From the NCBI GenBank assembly GCA_041485125.1, contig JBGPIT010000001.1, forward strand, positions 1 to 54,755: a DNA stretch of 54,755 bases, in the 5' to 3' direction. The position numbers and the translations under genes were made by a program. Under the pieces are notes generated by a model. That model did not search any database, was not told the origin of the DNA, and was given only the letters and a program-made list of their open reading frames with translations. This stretch comes from Candidatus Binatia bacterium (GTDB lineage Bacteria > Desulfobacterota > Binatia > UTPRO1). Positions 54,156-54,755 of the stretch are shown here, one piece after another (position 1 is the stretch's first letter; each line of letters starts with the position of its first letter).

Positions 54156-54755
54156 ATGGGCTACCTGGACTACCTGTCACACGGCACCAAAATGCTGTCG
54201 AAGAAGGGCGCCATGCCGGTCTACATGGTGTACTTCATCACCGACGCCTGCAACGCCAAGTGCAAGCACTGCCTCCTCGCCGACGGCGCACATCCCGGAT
54301 GGGAAACGCCGACGATGGAGTTCAAGCGCAAGGAGCTCACGCTGGAGGAGGTGGACAAAGTCACCGCCAGCATGGGCAAGAGCTTGATGTTCCTCCTGCC
54401 GACGGGCGGTGAGCCGTTTCTCCGCAAGGACATCGGGGAGATCGTCAAGATCTTCTACAAGAACACCGGCGTGCGCAACGTCGGCATCCCGACCAATGGC
54501 AGCACCACCATCCGCACGCTCAAGATCGTCGAGGACGTCCTCAAGTCCTGTCCCGATCTCGACTTCGGGATCGACGTCTCACTCGACGGCGTCGGCGCGC
54601 TGCACGACGAGATCCGGGTCTTCCCCGGGCTCTTCGAGCGCTCCATCCAGACCTACAAGGAGCTGAAGAAGCTCGCCAAGCACTACCCGAAGCTCAACGT
54701 CAACGTCGAGACCACGGTGTCTTCTCACAATGACAAGCACCTCATGGAGAACTAC
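54156..54755 (+). CDS. radical SAM enzyme (5' part; runs off the window)
   Basis: My own translation from ATG 54156 (after AGGAGG) gives an open frame to the window end. It contains FITDACNAKCKHC (CX3CX2C) and GGEPFL. It is absent from the ORF track because no stop is reached. Confidence 0.8.
   Translation, partial: MGYLDYLSHGTKMLSKKGAMPVYMVYFITDACNAKCKHCLLADGAHPGWETPTMEFKRKELTLEEVDKVTASMGKSLMFLLPTGGEPFLRKDIGEIVKIFYKNTGVRNVGIPTNGSTTIRTLKIVEDVLKSCPDLDFGIDVSLDGVGALHDEIRVFPGLFERSIQTYKELKKLAKHYPKLNVNVETTVSSHNDKHLMENY

Noticed and set aside
1-54755. Looked for CRISPR arrays, rRNA, tRNA, riboswitch-like leaders (for example cobalamin upstream of eutBC) and prophage or defence-gene signatures
   Set aside because: I found no regularly spaced short repeats. 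No intergenic region has tRNA-like T-arm (GGTTCGA) or anticodon-stem structure. The eut operon has only overlapping coding sequence upstream. No recognisable nuclease, helicase or methylase defence modules appear in the translations.

Overview
This is a high-GC (roughly two-thirds G+C by eye) bacterial chromosomal segment that is densely coding. I saw no rRNA, tRNA or CRISPR array. Positions 1-1.8 kb form a small, lower-GC accessory islet with a frameshifted transposase remnant, bracketed by clustered TGGGCA-core repeats. Positions 1.9-9.3 kb hold housekeeping and stress genes: an MBL hydrolase, dcd, a Fur/PerR-like regulator with peroxiredoxin and ferritin, an SDR, a PDZ-methyltransferase, an esterase, sixA and a MOSC protein. 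Positions 9.6-17 kb hold a compact lipid-type module: FabF, an ACP, a DUF374-like acyltransferase, a membrane histidine kinase, a REC-histidine kinase hybrid and a convergent MMPL/RND transporter. Positions 17-27 kb hold a pentaheme cytochrome c, an ABC-F ATPase and a tightly overlapping minus-strand operon (membrane protein, Cys-less thioredoxin fold, EutB, EutC, SMP-30 lactonase). This block ends with a quinone oxidoreductase whose stop codon overlaps the start of a free-standing Hint (intein/Hedgehog-like) domain ORF. From 28.8 kb to the window end lies a large exopolysaccharide locus. Its gene content resembles exosortase/PEP-CTERM-associated EPS loci: GT4 and GT2 glycosyltransferases, an ExeA-like ATPase, a NusG paralog, a Wza-like exporter, a chain-length determinant, a BY-kinase-like ATPase, O-antigen-ligase-like proteins, two NodB deacetylases, AsnB, two alkaline-phosphatase-superfamily enzymes and a radical SAM enzyme. 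No exosortase and no PEP-CTERM substrate is visible in the window. Embedded in this locus is what I consider the most interesting unexplained content. It comprises a sigma-54 circuit (an NtrC-type activator, a sensor-less histidine kinase with a degenerate ATP-binding domain, and two near-consensus -24/-12 promoters) and a pair of paralogous ~90-100 aa helical proteins of unknown family. It also includes a 443-bp noncoding enhancer-like region with a repeated 12-mer. All functional calls come from by-eye motif recognition on the supplied translations. None has been verified by a database search.
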